Positions 19,831 through 29,080 of a stretch of DNA of 63,474 nt are shown piece by piece. Each line of letters opens with the position of its first letter. The first letter of the stretch is position 1. The notes below the pieces were generated by a model. The model saw only the letters and a list, made by a program, of their open reading frames with translations. It was not told where the DNA came from and did not search any database. Position numbers and translations under genes: made by a program. The stretch spans positions 1 through 63,474 of the forward strand of contig JBBSXB010000006.1 of NCBI GenBank assembly GCA_038046005.1. Direction: 5' to 3'. The stretch is from Nanobdellota archaeon (GTDB lineage Archaea > Nanobdellota > Nanobdellia > Pacearchaeales > GW2011-AR1).

Positions 19831-19948
19831 GACAAAAAAAGAAAGTTTTACAAGTGGTTAAAAAAATCTAAAAGTTATCCAGATGAAATTTCCAATTTCA
19901 GCCGTGGGGAGTAAAACCAAACTTCCCTTAACCAAAAAGTTTAAATAG

Positions 19949-19968
19949 AAATAAGATTAATCTTATTT
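19949..19968. promoter_or_regulatory. Perfect 20-bp palindrome between TATA and antitoxin ATG; probable autoregulatory operator
   Basis: AAATAAGATT|AATCTTATTT immediately after TTTAAATA. Confidence 0.65.
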
Positions 19969-20187
19969 ATGATAATTGACACAACCAAGATGAGTTCAAG
20001 GGGACAGGTAGTAATTCCTCAAGATATGCGCCAAGACATAAAGGAAGGGGACAAGCTAATTGTTATTAGAAGAGATGATGAAATAATTTTGAAAAAATCA
20101 ATTCCAGAAAGTGCGCTTTGGTCTGAAAAGTCTTTATCAAAAACTTGGCTCAATAAAGAGGAAGATGAGGCATGGAAGGATTTGTAA
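19969..20187 (+). CDS. AbrB/MazE-family antitoxin (swapped-hairpin DNA-binding domain)
   Basis: TKMSSRGQVVIP..MR..IKEGD; acidic tail EEDEAWKDL; overlaps toxin gene. Confidence 0.9.
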   Translation: MIIDTTKMSSRGQVVIPQDMRQDIKEGDKLIVIRRDDEIILKKSIPESALWSEKSLSKTWLNKEEDEAWKDL

Positions 20188-20504
20188 AAGGAGAAGTAGT
20201 TGTTTTAGAGTTTCCTTTTTCAAACTTACTAAAGGTCAAAAGAAGGCCTTCTTTAGTCATTAAAGCTCCTAAGGGAGATGACATCATTGTCTGTCAGATA
20301 ACTGGAAAATCCTATGAAAAATCAGTTGAAATTCCACTAAAAAAAGAAGACTTTCATAAAGGAAATTTAAAAGTGGAGAGTTATGTTAGATTAGACAAAA
20401 TATTCTCTATTGAAAAGTCACTAATAAAATACAAAATTGGTTCTTTAAAACAAGAAAAAATTAAAGAAATATTAGATAAAATTTGTTTTTATCTAAAAAA
20501 TTAA
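20172..20504 (+). CDS. PemK/MazF-family endoribonuclease toxin
   Basis: KGEVVVLEFPFS....KRRPSLVI, CQIT, S.VRLDKIFSI. Confidence 0.9.
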   Translation: MEGFVKGEVVVLEFPFSNLLKVKRRPSLVIKAPKGDDIIVCQITGKSYEKSVEIPLKKEDFHKGNLKVESYVRLDKIFSIEKSLIKYKIGSLKQEKIKEILDKICFYLKN

Positions 20505-20505
20505 A

Positions 20506-21930
20506 ATGCCATATAAAGAAAAAATCAAGAAAATTGAAGATAATGTTTATGAACTACCAAAAGAAAATGGTATGCTAGTACCTGGAAGGTTTTTTTTATC
20601 AAGTAAGTTGTTTAATTCTACTGAAGAAGATGCGATAAAACAAGTAGTTAATGTTGCAGAACTTCCAGGAATATTAAAATATTCTATTGGATTAAGTGAT
20701 ATGCACGTCGGTTATGGATTTTGCATCGGAGGAGTTGCTGCTTTTGATATTGATAAAGGTGTTGTAAGTCCTGGAGGAGTGGGATATGATATCAATTGTT
20801 CAGTTAGATTGTTAAAAACTAATTTAACAAAGCAAGATTTCATGAAAAAACAAAAAGAAATTGTCAATGTTTTGTATAAAAAAATTCCGTCAGGAGTTGG
20901 AAGAGGAAGCCCCTTTAACATGAAAAAAGATGATTTGAAAAAAATTCTTGAAGGAGGGGCAAAATATTTGGTTGAAAAAGGTTATGGCGAAAAAGAAGAT
21001 TACTTGCATATGGAGGAGGAAGGTTGTATAAAAGGTGCTGACGCGAGCAAAGTCTCTGACAGAGCAAAATCTAGAGGAATAGGACAGTTAGGAACAATCG
21101 GAGCAGGAAATCATTTTTTAGAGATTCAGTATGTTCAGGAAATTTTCGATAAAAAAATTGCAGATGTTTTTGGATTAAAAAAAGACCAAATAGTTATTAT
21201 GATTCACTGTGGTTCTAGAGGTTTGGGGCATCAGGTTGCATCAGATTATATAAAAGCGATGGAAAAAGAATATGGTTTCAAAGATTTACCAGATAGAGAA
21301 TTGATTAATGCCCCAATAAAAAGTAAATTGGGAAAGGATTATCTTTCAGCCATGGCTTGTGCCGCAAATTTTGCTTTTGCAAACAAACAGCTGATAACAC
21401 ATTGGACAAGGGAAGTTTTCAAAGAATTTTTTCCAAAGTCAAAAATTGATGTTTTGTATGATGTCTGTCACAACATTGCAAAGATGGAAGAACATATTAT
21501 TGATGGTGAAAAAAAATTAGTATGCATACATAGGAAGGGTGCGACAAGGTCTTTTGGAAAAGGAAGAAAAGAAGTCCCTCAAGATTATAGAAAAGTCGGA
21601 CAGCCTGTTCTTATTCCTGGAAGCATGGGAACAGCGTCATATGTTTTAGTAGGAACAGAAAAAGCTGAAGAAGAAACTTTTGGAAGCACTGTTCATGGAG
21701 CTGGAAGAGTTAGAAGCAGGAGCTCTGCAATAAGAGAATTGAAAGGAGAAAATGTTAAAGAAAATTTAAATAAGCAAGGAATAGAGGTTCAGGCAGGAAG
21801 CTGGAAATCTCTGGCAGAAGAAGCACCTGAAGTTTACAAAGATATTGACGAAGTTGTCAGGGTTGTTGATGAGTTAGGGATAAGCAAAAAAGTTGCAAGA
21901 CTAAAACCTTTGGGTGTTATTAAGGGATAA
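20506..21930 (+). CDS. rtcB: RNA ligase RtcB (tRNA-splicing ligase)
   Basis: DMHVGYGFCIGG, GYDINC, GNHFLE, HCGSRG, HNIA, HRKGAT, PGSMG, HGAGR, EEAPEVYK. Confidence 0.97.
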   Translation: MPYKEKIKKIEDNVYELPKENGMLVPGRFFLSSKLFNSTEEDAIKQVVNVAELPGILKYSIGLSDMHVGYGFCIGGVAAFDIDKGVVSPGGVGYDINCSVRLLKTNLTKQDFMKKQKEIVNVLYKKIPSGVGRGSPFNMKKDDLKKILEGGAKYLVEKGYGEKEDYLHMEEEGCIKGADASKVSDRAKSRGIGQLGTIGAGNHFLEIQYVQEIFDKKIADVFGLKKDQIVIMIHCGSRGLGHQVASDYIKAMEKEYGFKDLPDRELINAPIKSKLGKDYLSAMACAANFAFANKQLITHWTREVFKEFFPKSKIDVLYDVCHNIAKMEEHIIDGEKKLVCIHRKGATRSFGKGRKEVPQDYRKVGQPVLIPGSMGTASYVLVGTEKAEEETFGSTVHGAGRVRSRSSAIRELKGENVKENLNKQGIEVQAGSWKSLAEEAPEVYKDIDEVVRVVDELGISKKVARLKPLGVIKG

Positions 21931-21955
21931 AAATATTTATAAGGAATAATTTACT

Positions 21956-23896
21956 ATGTATATCATGAAAAAGGGTGTTGGAATTTTATTTTTATTAGTG
22001 ATCTTTCTTGGAGTGATTTTTGTGAGTGCGAATGAGGTATACTGCACTACTAGTGTTCCTGGTGCACCAAAACCTTGTTCAGCAATATCAAGCACATTTC
22101 CAACAATTGGAAATCCAAAAAACCCAATTTACGAGGTGCCTTATGCTAATGGCCCGGGTGAACCAACTCCACCATTATGTGCCCCATATCAAGATACTTC
22201 ATGTAATGCAACAACATCTTGTACAACAAACCTAGTTGATATGATAAATAATATTGGAGATCAACCAATTTCAGGAACTGATGTATGCAGGCTTAACAAA
22301 ACAGGTATTGTAACTGCGATTTGTGCAAACCTCAATACTTCTTATTTTCCGACATGGGTGTATAATTGGTACGAAGTTAATGAGTTTACTTCTTTAAAAA
22401 ATACCACTTATGCTGAAGGAGTTTATCCTGCCCAGTGTACAGATAAAATTGATAATGATTGCGATGGTTCTATTGATGGAAACGAGTCTACTTGCGGGGG
22501 CCCGCTAGAAACAATATGTGATGATCATAAAGATAATGATGGTAATGGGTTAACAGATTGCGATGAAGCTTATTGTGTCAATGACCCTTACTGCACTGGT
22601 TGTGCTTTAAATCAAGAAATCTGTTATGACGGAATAGACAACAACTGTAATGGGGAAAGTGACTGGGACACGCAAGTATGGGATGGTTTTTATCCTACAG
22701 GAATTCCAAAAACAACTAAAGGAGATATAAATTGTAAAGTTGATGTTTATAGTGTATACTCAATTCCAGTAAGCCCTCTAGAAAACTCAAATGTACAGGT
22801 TTATTGTAATACTAGTGTAGACATGCAAGCTATTAGCTTAATAGGAGTAGACAGCGTCAATGTGTACATAGATTTTGTAAAATGCACTCCAAACACAATC
22901 CAAGGGGCATGGCAAGGTAGTACGGGAATTTTTGACTGTCCAACAGGCTCTGCTGGAAATAAAACACTAAAATGTGAAGTCAATACTTTTAAATCTTATT
23001 CAAACAATGCAACTATAACACCAAACATAATTGTTCAATCAACACCCCAAGAGGTTTCTTGTCAACCTGCAAGCAGTTGCAGCGATTATACAACTCAAAC
23101 TTCTTGCCAGAATGACTGCAATAATGCTTGGACAAATGACCAGCCAGATAATCTAATCTGTGGCACTGACTCTTGTTCTTCCGGATCAACATGGAATTCT
23201 TGTGGATGTGTTTGGAATGCTAGTGCGCCAACTCCATGTGGATTTGCATACAGCCCTGATAATCAATGTGGAACTTGCGGAAATGGATTTATAGAAGCTG
23301 GAGAAGAGTGTGATCCGAATGGTCCTGGATCAGCTGATGATAATATAACTATATCTTGTTCTGATGTTGGATCTTCGTGTGGAGGGAATGTTATTTCTTG
23401 CACGAATAGTTGTAAAATTGATGCTAGCGAATGCACTGGTTGTGGTCCAGGAACTTGTGGAGATGGAGCAAAAAATGACCAAGAACTTTGTGAGGGAAAC
23501 AACTTAGGCGGGAAAACTTGTGCAAGTTTCAATTTAGCGTCAGGAACTCTTGGCTGTTTTTCTTCAACACAAACAAACTCATGTCACTTTGATACAAGCA
23601 GATGTGTGAATATAACTGGAACGGGATGGTGTTCTATAGGAAATGAAAGCATAACAAAAGAATGTGATGTTGATCCAATGGGATTCAGGCAATTTCAATG
23701 GACAGGAACTTGGTATGGAAACGTAAATCCGCCTCAGCAAAGCCAATGTCAAGACAATCTATTTTCAAAGATGGTTTTATGCCCTTCTCAATTCAGGCTT
23801 CCATTCTTTCAAGGTTATTCTTTTGCCATCGCTGGTTTAGCAATAGCCTTAACTTATTATTTCTTGATAAGAAAAAAGAAGATAGTGTTCGTTTAA
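21956..23896 (+). CDS. Cys-rich, membrane-anchored surface protein
   Basis: Signal peptide; C.DGIDNNC.G-type repeats (MopE-related metal-binding motif); CGNGFIEAGEECD repeats; C-terminal TM plus basic tail. Confidence 0.8.
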   Translation: MYIMKKGVGILFLLVIFLGVIFVSANEVYCTTSVPGAPKPCSAISSTFPTIGNPKNPIYEVPYANGPGEPTPPLCAPYQDTSCNATTSCTTNLVDMINNIGDQPISGTDVCRLNKTGIVTAICANLNTSYFPTWVYNWYEVNEFTSLKNTTYAEGVYPAQCTDKIDNDCDGSIDGNESTCGGPLETICDDHKDNDGNGLTDCDEAYCVNDPYCTGCALNQEICYDGIDNNCNGESDWDTQVWDGFYPTGIPKTTKGDINCKVDVYSVYSIPVSPLENSNVQVYCNTSVDMQAISLIGVDSVNVYIDFVKCTPNTIQGAWQGSTGIFDCPTGSAGNKTLKCEVNTFKSYSNNATITPNIIVQSTPQEVSCQPASSCSDYTTQTSCQNDCNNAWTNDQPDNLICGTDSCSSGSTWNSCGCVWNASAPTPCGFAYSPDNQCGTCGNGFIEAGEECDPNGPGSADDNITISCSDVGSSCGGNVISCTNSCKIDASECTGCGPGTCGDGAKNDQELCEGNNLGGKTCASFNLASGTLGCFSSTQTNSCHFDTSRCVNITGTGWCSIGNESITKECDVDPMGFRQFQWTGTWYGNVNPPQQSQCQDNLFSKMVLCPSQFRLPFFQGYSFAIAGLAIALTYYFLIRKKKIVFV

Positions 23897-23934
23897 AAGA
23901 AAGAGTTTTTAAAGAAAAATATCTTTGATTATAT

Positions 23935-26574
23935 ATGAAATGGGTGGTGGTCGTTTTATTCTTATTCCTAGCATTGGGCTTAGTGTCAGCAGGTTTTCAG
24001 ACAGGAAATCTTCCGCACTCTTTACAAAAAGAATATGGGTTATCCCAGCCGATTAAAGGATGGATTAACATAAGTTTTAGCAACCAGCCAATAAGCTCAA
24101 TTTTTAAAGATTCTGGGGGCAAATCAATAAGCTTAAAATCTTTGTTGAATAAGTCTTCAAATTCTGGATATGTTTATAATTGCAGCACGCAAGATTGCTC
24201 TCCAGACTATAGTAACAGCAATGATCAAAATACCAAAACTTTCACAGCCAATTCCGGAGAAACAAAAATTTTTGGATTTAGATTTGTTGGGAACATATTC
24301 AGTATAAAAGATATAAAATTTGAAATTAACAGTACTGCTGTTTCATCTTGCAGCAACCCAACAAAAGCAGAGATTTTTGGAAGCAATGGAATAATTTTGA
24401 CAAACAATAAATATTCAAATGACTCGTGCTCTTCTACAAAAACCTATGGCTGTTTTGATGCAAGCAAACCAACAGATGAATTTGATATTTTAACAACACC
24501 TTATTGTGAAAGAGTGAATTTAACCAACGCTCCTGGACTTAGGCTTGGCGCTTGGTTAAGAGAGGAGACCTTAGGAGTAAAAAAAATAAATGTTAGTCTT
24601 TACGATGAAGATTTAAAGGTTGCGAGCTGTGAACTTCCAAAATCAGGGGCTAATGGAGAAGTTTTCTGTGATGTATCTTACTCAATTTCAAATCCTAAAG
24701 AATATTATGTTTGCATCTCAGGAAATACTGGCAGTGGAACATATAAAACAAAAGGAAATTCAGCGCCAACCACAAAATGTGGATTTTATGGATTTCCGGT
24801 AAAAACAGAAACAGCATCATATCAAATTTTCGCAGAAAGTAAAAAATATGCCGATTTTGGAAATATGCTAATAAACAATACATTTTCGCAAGAAAAAACT
24901 TTGGGCCAGGCTGCTGAAGATTATATAAATGATAAATATGGAAGTTTAGACTGTAGTCAAGGTTGTGTTGTCCCAATAAAATTCATGTCTTATCAAAACC
25001 AGCAAATAACTTTGAAGAATTTGTATTTAAGTTATGAAAAAGATTCAGGAGTTGTCAGTGGAAATGCAAATTTTTATGACATCGAAGAAACTCCTGCAAA
25101 AATAAATTCCTATTTCCAGAAACTTTATTTAGATGAAAGCGGATTTTTGTCTGATTCAAGCCTTGGAAATTTTACATTCAAACTTTATCTTAATGATGAA
25201 CAGTTGTTTTCTGAAAAATTAATCGCTGGAAAAGTTCCCGTCATTAATTCTTTAACCCCATTAATAGTTCCTGCTGGTTTTCCTACTGAATTCAGAGTAA
25301 ATGTGAATTCTTCAAGCAATATAACTAAATACAGATGGAATTTTGGAGACGGAACGACAAAGGAAACAGCAACAAACAAAGTCAGTTACTCTTACAGCGA
25401 AGAAGGAACATATAGTGTTGCAATAGATGTGACTGATTCAAATCAAAAAACCTCTGCAAGAAACTTTTCTATAATCGTCGGAAATCCAAGCAATGAGATA
25501 AATAAAACAATAAACAAAAAAATTTCAGACATCAATGATATCAAATCTCAGATTGGGGCTCTTGATCAAGCAACAAAAGACAGATTAAATACTCTTTTTA
25601 GTATCGATGAAAGTGAAACTGAATTAAATGCAATAAGAACGGATTTTGAAAACGGAGAGAGTTATTCTTCAATAATAGACAGATTAAACAACATAAAAGT
25701 TCCAGAATCTTTAAGTATTGGGGTTGAATTCCAAGGATTATCATTCCTCCCAGACGACAAGATTATTGACCCTTATCTTGTTGACCAAGCCTTGCCTGGA
25801 AGTTATAATGAAAACTTGTACGAAGATTACATTAATGCAATTGTTGCCTGGAATCTGGAAAATATAAGCTCAAAAATGGATATGGCCGAATTTTTAATTA
25901 AAATTGATGATGAAGAAAAAACTTTGCGTGTATTTGAATTAAACATAAAAAATTCTGGAGATGGAAACGGATATTTATTTGTTAAGGACATGGAGAATCT
26001 GAATTTTGGAGAGAATTACGGCCAGAAACAGGGAGATGGGTTTACTTACGTTCCACTATCTGCAGACCAAAAGATTATTTTTTCAACGACGGAAAATGTT
26101 GATTTTACACAACTACCAGCATTTATTTCTCCGACGCTTGAAAGCTTAAATGTCAAAGAGCATAATATTGGGCCAAGATTGGACAAGTTTAACCTAAGTT
26201 TGTATGCTTTAATTTTAGGAATATTAATTGTCGGTTGGATGATAATATATACAGTGTTATACAATTGGTATAAATACAAATATGAAACACATTTGTTTAG
26301 CAATAGAAACAATCTTCTTAACTTAGTTACTTACATTAACAATGAAAAAAGAAAAGGAATCCAAGATAGTGAAATCGAAAAGAGTTTGAAAAAAACCAAA
26401 TGGACGTCTGAACAGATTAGCTATGCATTTAGGAAATATGCCGGAAAAAGAACAGGGATGCTAGAGTTGCCTTTCTTCAAGATATTTAGAAAAAAATCAA
26501 AAGAAAATGTCACATTAAAAGAATATCGCGGTTTTAGAAATGACTATTTTAACCAAATGAAATTTATGTTTTGA
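23935..26574 (+). CDS. Large membrane-anchored surface protein with PKD domain
   Basis: Signal peptide; YRWNFGDG...YSYSEEGTYSVAIDVTD; C-terminal TM and cytoplasmic tail. Confidence 0.85.
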   Translation: MKWVVVVLFLFLALGLVSAGFQTGNLPHSLQKEYGLSQPIKGWINISFSNQPISSIFKDSGGKSISLKSLLNKSSNSGYVYNCSTQDCSPDYSNSNDQNTKTFTANSGETKIFGFRFVGNIFSIKDIKFEINSTAVSSCSNPTKAEIFGSNGIILTNNKYSNDSCSSTKTYGCFDASKPTDEFDILTTPYCERVNLTNAPGLRLGAWLREETLGVKKINVSLYDEDLKVASCELPKSGANGEVFCDVSYSISNPKEYYVCISGNTGSGTYKTKGNSAPTTKCGFYGFPVKTETASYQIFAESKKYADFGNMLINNTFSQEKTLGQAAEDYINDKYGSLDCSQGCVVPIKFMSYQNQQITLKNLYLSYEKDSGVVSGNANFYDIEETPAKINSYFQKLYLDESGFLSDSSLGNFTFKLYLNDEQLFSEKLIAGKVPVINSLTPLIVPAGFPTEFRVNVNSSSNITKYRWNFGDGTTKETATNKVSYSYSEEGTYSVAIDVTDSNQKTSARNFSIIVGNPSNEINKTINKKISDINDIKSQIGALDQATKDRLNTLFSIDESETELNAIRTDFENGESYSSIIDRLNNIKVPESLSIGVEFQGLSFLPDDKIIDPYLVDQALPGSYNENLYEDYINAIVAWNLENISSKMDMAEFLIKIDDEEKTLRVFELNIKNSGDGNGYLFVKDMENLNFGENYGQKQGDGFTYVPLSADQKIIFSTTENVDFTQLPAFISPTLESLNVKEHNIGPRLDKFNLSLYALILGILIVGWMIIYTVLYNWYKYKYETHLFSNRNNLLNLVTYINNEKRKGIQDSEIEKSLKKTKWTSEQISYAFRKYAGKRTGMLELPFFKIFRKKSKENVTLKEYRGFRNDYFNQMKFMF

Positions 26575-26614
26575 GTACTGAAATATTTATAAACCAGTTT
26601 AACAAATTTATAAT

Positions 26615-27259
26615 ATGGCTATGGAAATGTTACAAAACTTCTTTAAGAAGATTTTTAGCAACATCTTTAAGAATAAAAAAGAGATAAAGCTTGGGTTTTA
26701 CGGGCCTCCAAACGCCGGAAAAACGAGCTTAGTCAACAGAATTTGCAAAGATTTTACTGGAGAAGAATTAGGAAGTGTAAGCAAAATACCACATGAGACC
26801 AGAAATGTACAGTTTAAAGAGAAAGTTGAGATAAACTATAAAGGAAGTACGCTCGTTTTCAAAATAATAGATACCCCTGGAATTGCTACAAGAATAGATT
26901 ATGAAGATTTTATGAAATATAGGGTGCCCAAGCAAGAGGCTAAAAAAAGAGCTAAGGAGGCCACGCAAGGGGTTATTGAGAGTATAAAGTGGCTTGATGA
27001 CATGGATATGGTTGTTATAGTCCTAGATGCAACGGAAAACCCTTACAATCAGGTAAACATCACAATCATAGGAAATCTTGTAGCAAGAAAAATTCCTGTT
27101 TTAATAGTAGCCAATAAAATAGACTTGAGAAAAGCAGACATAAAAAAGATAGAGTCTGCTTTCCCAGAATATGATGTTGTTGGATTAAGCGCCAAATTTG
27201 GGAAAAACTTAGAAGAGTTTTACGAGTCTGTTTTCAAGGTGTCAAAAAAAGTCAAGTAA
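26615..27259 (+). CDS. oapA: Era-like small GTPase, OapA type
   Basis: GPPNAGKTS, IPHETR, DTPG, NKID; clustered with DUF2073- and DUF2072-like genes. Confidence 0.85.
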   Translation: MAMEMLQNFFKKIFSNIFKNKKEIKLGFYGPPNAGKTSLVNRICKDFTGEELGSVSKIPHETRNVQFKEKVEINYKGSTLVFKIIDTPGIATRIDYEDFMKYRVPKQEAKKRAKEATQGVIESIKWLDDMDMVVIVLDATENPYNQVNITIIGNLVARKIPVLIVANKIDLRKADIKKIESAFPEYDVVGLSAKFGKNLEEFYESVFKVSKKVK

Positions 27260-27298
27260 AAGTTTAAAATATATATTACAGTATATAATTAATAAAAG

Positions 27299-27556
27299 AT
27301 GGTGGACAAAAAAACAATAGGAAAGATTCAGCTAGTAATTGGAATACTAGTTATAATTTTGTCTATAATATCTATATTTATTGTAAATAATTGGTTTAGT
27401 CAAGTTAGGGGAAATATTGATGCCCAAAATCAAGAATTAATGTTTTTATCTGTTAATCTTTGGACTTATTACTTGTGGACTTTTTTTGGGTTGACTATGT
27501 TAATAGCACTTCTGTTTATAACTCAAGGTTTAGTAAATATATCTAATGGAACATAA
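27299..27556 (+). CDS. Small 2-TM hypothetical protein inserted between oapA and oapB
   Basis: Two hydrophobic helices. Confidence 0.65.
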   Translation: MVDKKTIGKIQLVIGILVIILSIISIFIVNNWFSQVRGNIDAQNQELMFLSVNLWTYYLWTFFGLTMLIALLFITQGLVNISNGT

Positions 27557-27962
27557 AAAGATGGTAAAGAAAAATTTTGGGCAGATAAAGGGTTTTACTA
27601 TTCAGTTTATCCCTTATTCAGAAATAAAAAGCTTAAACAGCACAGAAAGGATAAAAAAAATTTTGGGGATTGTCTTGAATAATAATATAATAATTCTTCA
27701 GGGAAGGCTCAAAACAGAAGAAGAAACAAGGCTTATTGAAGATACAATGGCAATGATTGATCATGTCAAGAATTTTAAAGGAATTGAACTAGCAGTTATT
27801 GCTGGGAATGGCAATGGAGGATTTTTCTCAAAAGCAAAGCAAAATCTTGCAAATGCCATCGCTGGCGGAGATATGGGGGCAGTAACAATTATTGGACCAG
27901 CAACAATAGTAAAGGAAATAAAGAAAAATCCTAAGAAAATAGAATTACTTCTTGAAAAGTAA
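27546..27962 (+). CDS. oapB: DUF2073-family protein, OapB type (start may be 27561)
   Basis: RIKKIL..V....IIILQGRL..EEE..LIE.TM..ID...F.GIE, TIIGPA. Confidence 0.8.
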   Translation: MEHKKMVKKNFGQIKGFTIQFIPYSEIKSLNSTERIKKILGIVLNNNIIILQGRLKTEEETRLIEDTMAMIDHVKNFKGIELAVIAGNGNGGFFSKAKQNLANAIAGGDMGAVTIIGPATIVKEIKKNPKKIELLLEK

Positions 27963-27992
27963 TTCGAAGACTGTCCAAGCTTGGTCAGCCTA

Positions 27993-28034
27993 AAGAAAAA
28001 TCCAAAAAAGATTGAACTTCTACTAGAAAAATAA
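27993..28034 (+). pseudogene. Duplicated oapB 3' end encoding KKNPKKIELLLEK*
   Basis: Same 13 residues plus stop as 27921-27962; 8 codons differ, all synonymously. Confidence 0.85.
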
Positions 28035-28041
28035 ATTAAAA

Positions 28042-28284
28042 CTAGCGTTGGTTTTGAGAGTTGGAGATTGCTTCTAGGAGCATGATAGTGAATGGAATAT
28101 AAATTATGGAAAACGCAATGGTTATTTGAATTATTTCTCCCATTTTATATCTAATGGGGGTTCTATCTTTAGATAATAAACCCTTTTCTTCATTTTGCCC
28201 ACGCTGATAAAAACCATAAAGGGGAACAAATTCCCCAGCTATTTTTATGCTGTCAGTTAATTTATTTGACAATTCTTTTCCCAT
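28042..28284 (-). CDS. Hypothetical membrane protein (ORFan)
   Basis: Open frame, one TM, own TATA. Confidence 0.6.
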   Translation of the reverse strand: MGKELSNKLTDSIKIAGEFVPLYGFYQRGQNEEKGLLSKDRTPIRYKMGEIIQITIAFSIIYIPFTIMLLEAISNSQNQR

Positions 28285-28369
28285 GTAAAGAATATTGTAT
28301 ATTTCTTTTTAAGTATTATTGAAGTAACATCACCATTAAATTTATTAACTTTATTTTTTATTCTCATAA

Positions 28370-28780
28370 ATGCCACACCAATGCGTTAAATGCTCAAGGA
28401 TTATTCCTCTGGGAAGCAAGGAATTACTAGAAGGATGCAGAGATTGCAAGGGGCATTTCTTTTTATATGTCAAGGAAGAACATTTTGAAAGAATAATGAA
28501 TAATCCAATAGAAATTCCTGAGAAGCAAAAAGGCAAGATTGAAAGAGACATAAGAGAGATGGTGGGCATTCCAGATGAAGACATGCCAGTTATACTTGAT
28601 TTAGAGTCTGTAAGAGTTACAGGAGAGGGAAAATTCGAGATAGATTTGGTGAAGTTGTTCAAAAAAGACACGCCTTTGATTTACAAGCTTGAAGAAGGAA
28701 AGTATATTATTGATTTGGCTTCAACTTTGAGGCAGAGTGTTGCAGATATAAAAGAGATTAGGGATCCGGATAAAATATAA
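28370..28780 (+). CDS. oapC: DUF2072 Zn-ribbon protein, OapC type
   Basis: MPHQCVKC...LLEGC..C.GHFFLY; ESVRV..EGKFEIDL; EGKYIIDL. Confidence 0.88.
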   Translation: MPHQCVKCSRIIPLGSKELLEGCRDCKGHFFLYVKEEHFERIMNNPIEIPEKQKGKIERDIREMVGIPDEDMPVILDLESVRVTGEGKFEIDLVKLFKKDTPLIYKLEEGKYIIDLASTLRQSVADIKEIRDPDKI

Positions 28781-29034
28781 TGGGAAAAAATAATTTAAGT
28801 AAGTTAGCTCAAGATGTGTGTACATCTTTAATGGAACATGGAAGATCTGATGTTATTCAAATAGCTATGAGTATTGGTTATATTTTAAATGGAGAAAATT
28901 TTTCTGAAGATGATGAATTTTTTAGGACTATAAATGAATTAAAGGCTAGTGGTTTTGTAAAATATCACCCTTCAGAAAGTGACTTACCTACTAGACTAAA
29001 TCCAAGATACCATGCTGTTTATGCGCTTGTATAA
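28780..29034 (+). CDS. Hypothetical protein, possibly winged helix
   Basis: Coupled to oapC; INELKASGFVKY pattern. Confidence 0.55.
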   Translation: MGKNNLSKLAQDVCTSLMEHGRSDVIQIAMSIGYILNGENFSEDDEFFRTINELKASGFVKYHPSESDLPTRLNPRYHAVYALV

Positions 29035-29080
29035 ATGTCGTAAGAAATAGATTTATTAAGGTTTTTCTATTATTTACATT

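Larger units (their letters stand above)
17467..19859. repeat. ~27-bp direct repeat pair (17467-17493; 19832-19859) bracketing one gene
   Basis: ACAAAAAAGAAAGTTTTATAAGTGGTT vs ACAAAAAAAGAAAGTTTTACAAGTGGTT. Confidence 0.8.

Noticed and set aside
19890-19912. TTCCAATTTCAGCCGTGGGGAG resembles the tRNA-Arg 3' end (possible attR of an island 15883-19912)
   Set aside because: Only CAATT and CGTGGGG are shared, with different spacing, and no integrase is present
26575-29080. Replication origin next to oapABC
   Set aside because: No cdc6/orc1, no ORB-like repeats and no long intergenic region
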